From: Clostridium sp. CAG:762
GTDB taxonomy: Bacteria > Bacillota_I > Bacilli_A > RF39 > UBA660
Reading direction: 5' to 3'
Assembly (NCBI GenBank): GCA_000432575.1
Contig: HF996836.1
Location: 4,314-68,313 of the forward strand
DNA: 64,000 bases
The position numbers and the translations under genes are program-made. Positions 39,978-48,576 of the stretch are shown piece after piece. A model generated the notes under the pieces. It had not been told where the DNA came from, did not search any database, and saw only the letters and a list, made by a program, of their open reading frames with translations. Every line of letters starts with the position of its first letter. Positions within the stretch are counted from its first letter, which is position 1.

Positions 39978-41315
39978 TTATTGTTTATTATTATTTACTA
40001 AATTTTTAAATTCTAATCCGCGGTCTTCAAAGCATTTATATTGATCCCATGAGGCACAGGCTGGAGAAAGTAAGACAATATCGCCACTTAGAGATATTTG
40101 TTTTGCTTTTTCGACTGTTTCTTTTAGGTTATTGAAAACTAAACAGGAAATATTTATTTTATCACAAAAATTTTTTATTTTATCCTTGGTTTCACCATAG
40201 CATAAGACGTTTTTTACGTTTTGCATGTAGTCTTTTAATTCAAGGAAATCTTGTCCGCGATCTAATCCACCTAATATTAAATTAATTGGTTCATGAAAAG
40301 CACTTAGGGCGATGGTGGTTGCCATGTTATTTGTTGATTTTGAGTCATTATAGTATTTTACTCCGTTGATAGTGTTAACGTATTCAATACGATGTTCTAC
40401 GCCTTTAAAGTTTTCTAGTGTTTTTTTGATGGATGTGATGCTGATATTAAGATTTATGCCAGTGATGATGGCACACATCATATTTTCGTAATTGTGGTTA
40501 CCTTTTAAGATGGTTTTTGTTGTATCAATGATGGGTTTATCTTGGTAGTAAATTATGTTATTTTTTAAATAAGCATCACATTTTCTAGTGGCACTGAAAA
40601 AGTATTTGGTGCTTTTTATGTCTTTTGTTATTTCGATGCAATCATTGTTTGCTCCGTTTATTATGGCAATGTCTTTGTTCGTATGATGATTGAAAATTTT
40701 CTTTTTGATATTTTTATAATTGTCGTAAGTACCATGGAAATCAAGATGAACAGGATATAAGTTAGTTAATATGGAGATATCTGTTTTGAAATCTTGAAAA
40801 TTAACAAGATGGTGTCCAGCAATTTCAATTACAATATAATCGTTTTCTTGAATTTTATTTAGAAATCCTGATAAAGGGAGTCCTACATTTCCTGTTAGGT
40901 GGACTTTTTTGCCTGCATCTTTTAGCATTTCATATATTAAAGTAGTGGTCGTGGTTTTACCATTGCTACCAGTTATGCCTATGATTTTTACATTTTTAGG
41001 TAACAAGTGATATGCCATTTCTATTTCGTTGATGACGGGGATATTGTTTTTATAGCAAAATAATACGTATTTGTGGTCGTTTTTAATGCCTGGATTTTTT
41101 ATTAGATAGTCAAAATCGTTTGTTAGTATGTCGTCAGGATGGCTTCCTAGAATAACTTTGACGCCCATATTTTCCAGTTCATGAACTTTATCCATGTCTT
41201 GATTGGTGCTGAAATCATTAACAATAACGATGTTATTTCTTTTGGCTAAGACTTTAGCAGCTTCGTATCCACTTCGAGCCATGCCTAAAATAAATATTTT
41301 TTTATTTTCAAACAT
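39978..41315 (-). CDS. murD: UDP-N-acetylmuramoylalanine--D-glutamate ligase
   Basis: GITGSNGKTTTT P-loop and Mur ligase domain order. Start taken at MFENKKIFILG to avoid overlap with trmB. Confidence 0.9.
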   Translation of the reverse strand: MFENKKIFILGMARSGYEAAKVLAKRNNIVIVNDFSTNQDMDKVHELENMGVKVILGSHPDDILTNDFDYLIKNPGIKNDHKYVLFCYKNNIPVINEIEMAYHLLPKNVKIIGITGSNGKTTTTTLIYEMLKDAGKKVHLTGNVGLPLSGFLNKIQENDYIVIEIAGHHLVNFQDFKTDISILTNLYPVHLDFHGTYDNYKNIKKKIFNHHTNKDIAIINGANNDCIEITKDIKSTKYFFSATRKCDAYLKNNIIYYQDKPIIDTTKTILKGNHNYENMMCAIITGINLNISITSIKKTLENFKGVEHRIEYVNTINGVKYYNDSKSTNNMATTIALSAFHEPINLILGGLDRGQDFLELKDYMQNVKNVLCYGETKDKIKNFCDKINISCLVFNNLKETVEKAKQISLSGDIVLLSPACASWDQYKCFEDRGLEFKNLVNNNKQ

Positions 41316-41319
41316 ATGG

Positions 41320-41955
41320 TTACTCCTTTTCTTTAATTGCTTCAAGCATGTTTATTTTGATGTTTAGATTGTTGAATTTTTCTTCGTATTCTGTTGTGAT
41401 GTTGGGGATGTTTTCTTTTTTTAAATCATTTGTTGTATATATTATTTTATAACCATTTTCTTTTAATGAAGAAATGGAATAATTGAATAGGTTTAAGTTA
41501 TCTGTTTTCATGGTGATGTGGGCTTTGTTTTTAAAAATTTTGTCATAGATATCTAAGAAGATATATGAAGTTAGTCTTCTTTTTTGATGTCTTTCTTTGG
41601 GCCATGGATCGGAAAAGTTTAAGTAAATTAAATCTATTTCTTTGTCAAAAATTGTGCTTAAATTTAGAGCATCTAGTTTTATTAATTTCAAGTTGTTTAA
41701 ATCAAACTGGTTTGTTTTTTGAATGGCACGTACAAGGACACTGTCATATTTTTCAATTCCTATATAATTAATATCAGTGTTTTGGAGGGCGTTTTCTAAT
41801 ATGAATTTCCCCTTACCCATGCCTATTTCTAAATAAATGGGATTATCGTTTTGAAATAATTCGTTCCATTTACCTTTATAATCACAAGGGTTATTGATAT
41901 AATATTTACCTTCTTCAATAATATTTTTTGCATTTCTTACGTTTTTCAATCTCAT
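41320..41955 (-). CDS. trmB: tRNA (guanine46-N7)-methyltransferase
   Basis: About 211 aa. N-terminus MRLKNVRNAKNIIEEGKYYINNPCDYKGKW parallels B. subtilis TrmB. Confidence 0.85.
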   Translation of the reverse strand: MRLKNVRNAKNIIEEGKYYINNPCDYKGKWNELFQNDNPIYLEIGMGKGKFILENALQNTDINYIGIEKYDSVLVRAIQKTNQFDLNNLKLIKLDALNLSTIFDKEIDLIYLNFSDPWPKERHQKRRLTSYIFLDIYDKIFKNKAHITMKTDNLNLFNYSISSLKENGYKIIYTTNDLKKENIPNITTEYEEKFNNLNIKINMLEAIKEKE

Positions 41956-42062
41956 AATATACCTCATAGACATTATATAACATTTTGGAGTACTTATCAA
42001 TACTAGGCACTTATTTCGTTTTGAAACATATATTAGTATTGATAAGGAGTGAATCGTGAATC

Positions 42063-42305
42063 ATGAATAAGGATAGAGATATGTTTTATAATGTATATGG
42101 TTATGGGGGGGCTAATCCGGCAATCAATCCCATACAGGGAATGGTTCCTGGGCAAATGAATCCTTTTATGAATCATAATGAATTAAATACAAGGTTATCT
42201 AATTTAGAAAATAAAATCAAGGTCTTGGAATCAAGAATAGCAAGGTTGGAAAATCCATACAATTCTAATTACAATGAACCAGATTCTAACATGTATATGT
42301 TATGA
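42063..42305 (+). CDS. Small hypothetical protein with Gly/Pro/Asn-rich N-terminus and coiled C-terminus; contains a coding G7 tract
   Basis: 80 aa. G7 at 42105-42111 encodes the GG in YGYGGANP. Strong terminator downstream. Confidence 0.45.
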   Translation: MNKDRDMFYNVYGYGGANPAINPIQGMVPGQMNPFMNHNELNTRLSNLENKIKVLESRIARLENPYNSNYNEPDSNMYML

Positions 42306-42313
42306 TTCATTTG

Positions 42314-42337
42314 CACTACCTCGCGGTAGTGTTTTTT
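42314..42337 (+). terminator. Rho-independent terminator
   Basis: CACTACC-TCGC-GGTAGTG followed by T6. Confidence 0.7.
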
Positions 42338-42378
42338 CTACAAGTAAAGATTGTTTGGCTTTACCGTAGACATAATTC

Positions 42379-42413
42379 CGGTAGTAGCTACCGTACTTTA
42401 TTTGGTTTTTTTT
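42379..42413 (+). terminator. Second hairpin plus T-rich run (tandem terminator or attenuator element)
   Basis: CGGTAG-TAG-CTACCG hairpin followed by TACTTTATTTGGTTTTTTTT. An upstream TACCG could alternatively pair with CGGTA. Confidence 0.45.
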
Positions 42414-42418
42414 ATTTT

Positions 42419-42447
42419 TCTTTTGCTATGCTGTTATAATGTTTTAG
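42419..42447 (-). repeat. 30-bp dispersed repeat, copy g
   Basis: Plus strand reads TCTTTTGCTATGCTGTTATAATGTTTTAG. Lies after tandem terminators, upstream of the sortase locus. Confidence 0.8.
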
Positions 42448-42704
42448 TTTTGTTTTGTGTAATTTTTGACTTTATAAATATGCTGTTGATGTTGTGGACT
42501 TTTTGATATGTTTGGCTTTTATGATAAATTAGACATATTTGTTTATGCATATGAAACATTTGGTTTAATTTATTTTTTTAGTGGTTTTTTATCACCTCCT
42601 TGGTTTGTGAATTTACTATACTATAAAAGGGAAGAAAAAGTCAAACTGCAGAAATTAAAAAACGCCCGGTTGTTTTTTGAAATTTGGTAGGTTTTTGGTG
42701 CAGG

Positions 42705-42725
42705 TTTTAACAAACACCCGTGTAG
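42705..42725 (-). repeat. Inverted copy of the ACGGGTGTTTGTTAAAA motif
   Basis: Plus strand reads TTTTAACAAACACCCGTGTAG, about 80 bp upstream of the sortase ATG. Confidence 0.6.
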
Positions 42726-42804
42726 TTTTTTAATTTTGGTAATTTTAATATTTTTTTCGAAAAATTTATTTTTATTTTTTTATTCGACAAATTACTTGGA
42801 TTAG

Positions 42805-43548
42805 ATGTATTACACTTATTTCATGAAAGAAGGTGTGATATCGATCAAACTGATTAGAAAAATAAACATTAAGAGTTTGGCCATTAATAGTTTATTTTTT
42901 TTATTATTATTTATTTTTATCATGAGTACTTCTTCAATATTGAGGGAAAGAGAAAAGATTTCTTTTAACTATGCGTTTATTCCAAAAACGAAGGATACCA
43001 CAGATTATATAACTTATTTGAATGATTATTATCAAACCGATGATATTGTGAGCTATCTTAAGATAAACAAAGATATCACTACTCCAGTGGTACAGGCGGA
43101 AGATAATACTTATTATTTGAACCATACTATAAGAAGGGAGGAATTAGTAACTGGGAGTATATTTTTGGATTATAGAAATGATATAAATGATAAAAAATTA
43201 CTAATATATGGTCATAGCAATAATAAGTATGATATTCCTTTTAAATATTTAAAAAATTACTTGGATTATGATTATTTTTTGAATAACAAGTATATTACTT
43301 TTATAACTGATAAGGTTTATATATATGAGATTTTTTCTGTTTTTAGTGTAGAAAATGATTATCAATATAGTAAATTATATTTTCAAAGTGATGATGAATA
43401 TATTGAGCATTTAAATTATTTAAAAAATAATTCAATGTATAAAAACTCTGTGGATTTGAATGGGGATAGTCATATTATTACTTTGCAAACGTGTTTAAAT
43501 ACTAAAGGAAGTAAGTTGTTGATAATAAATGGAAGAAAGGTGAATTAA
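42805..43548 (+). CDS. srtB: Class B sortase
   Basis: 247 aa with N-terminal TM anchor and TLQTC active-site motif (class B TLxTC). Confidence 0.7.
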   Translation: MYYTYFMKEGVISIKLIRKINIKSLAINSLFFLLLFIFIMSTSSILREREKISFNYAFIPKTKDTTDYITYLNDYYQTDDIVSYLKINKDITTPVVQAEDNTYYLNHTIRREELVTGSIFLDYRNDINDKKLLIYGHSNNKYDIPFKYLKNYLDYDYFLNNKYITFITDKVYIYEIFSVFSVENDYQYSKLYFQSDDEYIEHLNYLKNNSMYKNSVDLNGDSHIITLQTCLNTKGSKLLIINGRKVN

Positions 43549-45761
43549 TGAAAAAGAAATGGATTGTTTTATTATTAGTTATTGCTGTAATTAATATTTC
43601 TCTGGTTAAGGCGTTGACTAAGGATAATGAGTTTGGAAAGATTGAAATAGATAAATATGCTTCTAAGGAGGATGTAACGTATGGTAGGAGTGCCAAGGTT
43701 ACTTTAGAGGTTAATGGAAGTAGTTTTGAGAAGAAGAATACTTTAGATGTCGTTTTGGTTTTGGATAGGTCTTCTAGTATGAATGACAATTTGGATAATC
43801 AAAATAAAATGGGCTTGGTAAAGGCGGAAGCTAAGAGTTTGGTCAATGATATACTTAAGGGGGATGGCAATGTAAGGATGGGTATTGTTGCTTTTGGTAC
43901 TAGGGTTTTAGATAAGTATTCTTCTAAGAAACTGGCAAGTGATAAAACAAAATTGGATGGTTTGATAGATTCTATTCCTAATTATTTATATAATGAGGCA
44001 ACAAACGTGCATGATGCTTTAAATAAGGCAGAGGCATTGTTGAGAAACAGCGTAGCAAACAAAAAGGTAATAATTCTTTTGACTGACGGAGCTCCTACTA
44101 AGTTTACTTATAAGGGAAAGACTTATGGTACTGGTAAGAATGATAATCAGGTTTGCTATATTGGTAAGGGAAAAAAATGTACCAAGTCCTCGCCTTCTAC
44201 AATGGCTAAGAATGTGGCAAATGAACTTAAAAAGAATGTAACTGTTTATACAATAGGTTTTGATGTTGTGGATGATGCATTTTTGGGTGAAATAGCTAGT
44301 TCTAAGAACGATTTTTACTTGGCTAAGGATAGTAATAAATTAAGGGAAAATTTTAAGGATATTGTTAAGAAAGTAAATGTTATTGCAAATAATATTGTGG
44401 TAACTGATGTTATTCCTGCTACTTTTGTTTTGGATAAGGATAGTGTTAAAGTTCCTGATAATACTACTTTTGAAATTGTTAATGAGGATGATAAAACTAC
44501 TAAGATAATATGGAAGATTGGTGATTTGGATGCAACTTTAAATTATAAGTTAACTTATAATGTTACCGCGGTAGCTCCTTACTATGGTAGTATAAATACT
44601 AATAGTCGTGCTTATTTGGAGGGTAATGCTCTTGAGGATAATGATTACTATAAGAATAAGAATATTTTGTTAACTTTTCCTAAGCCAAATGTTCCTATTC
44701 CTGCTTTGACTAATGATGATGATTATTCTAATGTTACTTTATATAGACAAAATAAGTTAATGGTTAATGCAAATGATGGTATTTTAACTAATGATAATTT
44801 GTATCAAGTAAATGATAGTAATGCTGATATTAAGAATTCTGTTGTTATCGTGCCAGATTCTTTGTCTTGTGGTAAGTTAGAGGATATTGATGTTTTGGAG
44901 GATGGTAGTTTTACATATTCTAGTAATAATGAGTGTTTGGGTGATATTACTTTTGATTATTATATAATGTCTAATGTTGGTGATACTGTTGTTATTTCTA
45001 ATACTAGTACTGTTACTTTACATGTTTCTAAGAAACCTACTTCTTATACGGTTAAGTATTTAGATTATGAATCTAAGAAGCCTTTACATGATGAGAGGAT
45101 GTTGGATGTTTATCTTTTTGATGAAATTAGGGAGGAAGCTTTTCATATCGATAATTATAATTTAATTGGTGATAATGTAATTACCAAGGTAATCGATAAG
45201 GAAAATGAGGAAATAATATTTTACTATGTTAGAGAGAATAATATTGCTTATGTGGTTGATTATTATTTTGATGATGTTTTAGATTTGAACAAGAGAGAGA
45301 TATTTATAAATAATAGGCTTGATGCTTTGATAGATAATTATCCTGATAAATTGGATTATGGTTATGTTTTGGATCGTGTTGATAATTTGCCTTTAGTTTT
45401 AAAGGAAAATTTGGATGATAATGTTATTAGGGTATATTATAAGAGGGTAACTGGTAATGTGATAGTTAATTTTATAGATGTGAATGGCAAGAAGTTGAGT
45501 GATTCTATTACTATTACTGATTATGTGAATAATTCATATGATACTGAGCCTATGGTGATTGATGGTTATAAGTTTGTTAAGGTGATTGGTAATCCTCAAG
45601 GAAAAATCATGGAGGGTAATGCTATAATTACTTATATTTATGAATTGATTATTCCTAAAACGGGGGTTAGTCCTAATTATTGGAAGGAAATAATTTCTTT
45701 ATCGTCATTTGTTTTGTTAATGAGTATAATAGTTGTAAAGAAACATCTAAAACACAATTAA
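43548..45761 (+). CDS. Sortase-anchored surface protein with vWA/MIDAS domain (adhesin or pilus-tip-like), IPKTG sorting signal
   Basis: Signal peptide, vWA domain with DRSSSM (DxSxS MIDAS), Ig-like and repeat regions, C-terminal IPKTG motif plus hydrophobic helix plus KKHLKHN tail. Confidence 0.75.
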   Translation: MKKKWIVLLLVIAVINISLVKALTKDNEFGKIEIDKYASKEDVTYGRSAKVTLEVNGSSFEKKNTLDVVLVLDRSSSMNDNLDNQNKMGLVKAEAKSLVNDILKGDGNVRMGIVAFGTRVLDKYSSKKLASDKTKLDGLIDSIPNYLYNEATNVHDALNKAEALLRNSVANKKVIILLTDGAPTKFTYKGKTYGTGKNDNQVCYIGKGKKCTKSSPSTMAKNVANELKKNVTVYTIGFDVVDDAFLGEIASSKNDFYLAKDSNKLRENFKDIVKKVNVIANNIVVTDVIPATFVLDKDSVKVPDNTTFEIVNEDDKTTKIIWKIGDLDATLNYKLTYNVTAVAPYYGSINTNSRAYLEGNALEDNDYYKNKNILLTFPKPNVPIPALTNDDDYSNVTLYRQNKLMVNANDGILTNDNLYQVNDSNADIKNSVVIVPDSLSCGKLEDIDVLEDGSFTYSSNNECLGDITFDYYIMSNVGDTVVISNTSTVTLHVSKKPTSYTVKYLDYESKKPLHDERMLDVYLFDEIREEAFHIDNYNLIGDNVITKVIDKENEEIIFYYVRENNIAYVVDYYFDDVLDLNKREIFINNRLDALIDNYPDKLDYGYVLDRVDNLPLVLKENLDDNVIRVYYKRVTGNVIVNFIDVNGKKLSDSITITDYVNNSYDTEPMVIDGYKFVKVIGNPQGKIMEGNAIITYIYELIIPKTGVSPNYWKEIISLSSFVLLMSIIVVKKHLKHN

Positions 45762-45808
45762 TAGATGTTTTTTTATAATACGTGGTATAATTAGTATAGG
45801 TGGTAAAT

Positions 45809-46339
45809 ATGAAGATTTATGTTGTTAGACATGGAGAAACAAATGAGAATATTAGTAAAATGATGCAAGGTAATATGGATACGGAGTTAAACGATGCTGG
45901 AAGAAAACAGGCTTATGATTTGGTGAAAAAGGTAGCTAGTTGTGATGTCGATTTGATTTTTTCTTCTCCTTTGAAGAGAGCTTATGATACGGCTAAGATA
46001 ATTGCTCAGGGTAAAAGAATTGTTGTTGATGAGCGTTTGAAAAGTAGAAATCATGGTGAATTTCAGGGTATTTCAAGGAATGAAATTAATTTGAAGGATT
46101 ATTGGAATATTAAGAAAAATATAAGGTATGAGAAGGCTGAAAGTGTTAGAGATTTGTATGATAGAATCGTTTCTTTGCTTATGGATATTAAGAGGTATTA
46201 TCCTGATAAGAAGGTTCTTCTTGTTACTCATAGTGGGATTACGAGGATTCTTTATTATTATTTTAATGGTATTCCAGAGGATGGTGATTTGACTTCTTAT
46301 AAATCTACTAACTGTTCATTTGAGGAATATGATTTGTAA
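45809..46339 (+). CDS. Histidine phosphatase family protein (phosphoglycerate-mutase-like)
   Basis: RHGETNEN (RHGE) motif. AGGTGG SD before the ATG at 45809. Confidence 0.75.
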   Translation: MKIYVVRHGETNENISKMMQGNMDTELNDAGRKQAYDLVKKVASCDVDLIFSSPLKRAYDTAKIIAQGKRIVVDERLKSRNHGEFQGISRNEINLKDYWNIKKNIRYEKAESVRDLYDRIVSLLMDIKRYYPDKKVLLVTHSGITRILYYYFNGIPEDGDLTSYKSTNCSFEEYDL

Positions 46340-46445
46340 GTTTTTTACTTGTGTCTTTTTTAATTTTAGTGCTTATGTTATAATTTAAGCATTTTTTTAA
46401 TATTTTTTTATTTTTTATGATAAAATTGTATTAAAGGGAGGTCTT

Positions 46446-47699
46446 ATGAAGAGGAAGATAAATATTATTACGCATTTTGTTAATAGTCTGCTTTTTATTG
46501 TTATGGGGTTAATATTTATTATTAAGAGGAATGAGATGTTTGCTATTACTATTAAGGTAATTGGCGTTTTGCTATTAATAACGGTTGTTTTTAAGGTAAT
46601 TAATGTTTTGGTTAAGAGACGGAAAATTTTAGATGGTGTTTTGGATATTTTAATAACTTTGATTACTTCTATTTTTATTATTGAGAGTCCTTCATTTTTT
46701 GTTTCGTTTTTTATTATTGTTTTTGGGATATATGCGATGTTGCAAAGTTTGTCTAGCTTGATTAATTTATATATTTATAAGCACGATCATCTTCACGGTA
46801 AGTTAGGAATTGTTTTTAAGTTTCTTATTAGTTTTGTTACTTCTTATTTGTTGTTGTTTAGTAGGGTGAGTAATTCTAAGTATCTTTGTCTTATTACTGG
46901 TATTTATTTGATTATTTATGGTGTTAATATTTTTGCTGGTATTTTTGAGAGAAAGAAGAGATTAGTTATCCCCTTACCTACTATTTTGACTATGTTTATT
47001 CCTCCACTTCTAATTAAGAAGGTTGAAAAGGAGAAAGGTAATATTTCTACTAATGTTAAGAAGGATATTAATCCTAATTTGGAGATATTGATTCATTTGG
47101 CTAAAAATGGTTCGGCTATGATGGGTCATGTTGAGGTGGCTGTTTGTGATAAAATTTATTCTTATAGTTGTTATAATTATACTAATAGAAGGCTTTGGGG
47201 TGGCATGGGTGATGGTATTTTAGGTATATTTGATCATGATAAGTATATTAAGTATTGTGTTTGCGAGAAAAATCGTTTTATTGTTTCTTATGGGGTTTTA
47301 TTAACTGAGAAGGAAATAGATATTGTTTTAAATAAGATAACTGAGATGCTTCAGGAAAATGCTGTTAGGTGGTATCCTGAATATGCTTTATATGATATGA
47401 ATCTTTGTCCTAAGAAGGAATTTACGGAGATGGCTAATCAAACCTATAAGAAGGCGGATGGTATATTTTATAAGTTTATTAAAGGTAAATTTAAGACCTT
47501 CTTTGTGTGTCGTACTAATTGTGTTGAGGTGGCCGATACTATATTAGCGAGTCTTGGTACTAAGGTAATTAATTTGGAGGGGGTTCTTAGTCCTGGTACT
47601 TATTATTCGTATTTGGAAAAGGAATATTTGAAGAAAAATAGTAGAATTGTTTCTAAAACTGTTTACACTAAAGAATTGTTCAAGAAAAAGAAATACTAA
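46446..47699 (+). CDS. Membrane protein: N-terminal about 6 TM helices plus C-terminal possible LRAT/NlpC-P60-like (His..NCxE) domain
   Basis: GHVEVAVCD and TNCVEVAD resemble the permuted papain-like H-box and NCE-box. Weak. Confidence 0.3.
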   Translation: MKRKINIITHFVNSLLFIVMGLIFIIKRNEMFAITIKVIGVLLLITVVFKVINVLVKRRKILDGVLDILITLITSIFIIESPSFFVSFFIIVFGIYAMLQSLSSLINLYIYKHDHLHGKLGIVFKFLISFVTSYLLLFSRVSNSKYLCLITGIYLIIYGVNIFAGIFERKKRLVIPLPTILTMFIPPLLIKKVEKEKGNISTNVKKDINPNLEILIHLAKNGSAMMGHVEVAVCDKIYSYSCYNYTNRRLWGGMGDGILGIFDHDKYIKYCVCEKNRFIVSYGVLLTEKEIDIVLNKITEMLQENAVRWYPEYALYDMNLCPKKEFTEMANQTYKKADGIFYKFIKGKFKTFFVCRTNCVEVADTILASLGTKVINLEGVLSPGTYYSYLEKEYLKKNSRIVSKTVYTKELFKKKKY

Positions 47700-47726
47700 T
47701 CAATATTTGATGTATGTATTTCTTTT

Positions 47727-48575
47727 TTATATTTTGATTTTATTTTTGTTTTTTAGTCTTATTTCACTGAAGTTACATTTTTTACATAGTGTTTCACATT
47801 TTATTCCTTTTTGAAAGTTTTGGTTCATTTTTTTAAATCTTTCACTTTGGATAATGCTTTCTAGACTGTTTTCAAAGATGTTTCCTAAATTTATTATTCC
47901 TTGGCTGTCGAGGCAACATGGTACTACATTTCCATTTGATAAAATTGCTATATGGTTAATCGTGCCATAGCATTTGCCTGTTTCTCTATAATAATCGTTA
48001 TCTAAGCTGGGCCATTTGAATACATAATCTTTGTTTAGATATAGGTTGTTTTTGATTTTGATGTTTAATTTTTGGTTTAGTTCTTCATAATCAATGTGAT
48101 ATTTTTGGCTAAGGTATGTGATAAAGTTGCTACTTGAATTGTTGCTTCCAAGGTTCCATAGACGATATGATACGATGATACTACTGTTATTAATTATTTC
48201 ATTAACGGTGTTGTCAATTGTACTAAAATTTTTATAAATATGAATAATGTCATGGATAGAAATGTTTATTTGTCTAATTGTTTTGTTATGTTTTTGGATA
48301 ATATCTAATTTATTACTTAGAAGGGTGCCATTTGTAGTTATATTAACTTTTTTATTGTACTTTGATGCTAATGATAGTATTTCGTCTAGTTCTGCATGTA
48401 ATAATGGTTCTCCTAATACGTGTAGGTGGATATAATCTGTATAATTGTTGATTTTTTTTAAAATTTGTTCAAACTCTTTACTGCTTAGTGTGTCTTTTTC
48501 TCTTTTGTATTTGCTACAAAATGGGCAATGGAGATTGCATTTGTTGGTGATTTCTATATAAATACTTTTAAACAT
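47727..48575 (-). CDS. Radical SAM enzyme with C-terminal SPASM/twitch Cys-rich domain
   Basis: CNLHCPFC (CxxxCxxC) at aa 12-19, GEPLLH glycine-rich motif, C-terminal CYG...PCC...CETLCKKC auxiliary cluster motifs. Start is 1 nt from the uvrB stop. Confidence 0.75.
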   Translation of the reverse strand: MFKSIYIEITNKCNLHCPFCSKYKREKDTLSSKEFEQILKKINNYTDYIHLHVLGEPLLHAELDEILSLASKYNKKVNITTNGTLLSNKLDIIQKHNKTIRQINISIHDIIHIYKNFSTIDNTVNEIINNSSIIVSYRLWNLGSNNSSSNFITYLSQKYHIDYEELNQKLNIKIKNNLYLNKDYVFKWPSLDNDYYRETGKCYGTINHIAILSNGNVVPCCLDSQGIINLGNIFENSLESIIQSERFKKMNQNFQKGIKCETLCKKCNFSEIRLKNKNKIKI

Positions 48576-48576
48576 T

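Noticed and set aside
42508-42690. 60-aa ORF between the tandem terminators and the sortase gene
   Set aside because: No SD. Its composition is Phe/Tyr/Leu-rich and low-complexity, and it overlaps the candidate regulatory motifs. More likely a non-coding leader.
44046-44059. 14-nt exact match to the repeat core variant (AACAGCGTAGCAAA) inside the vWA surface-protein CDS
   Set aside because: Not listed as a ninth copy because the flanks do not match and it is coding. It is noted under the repeat finding, since a chance 14-mer match is improbable and it could reflect a functional site.
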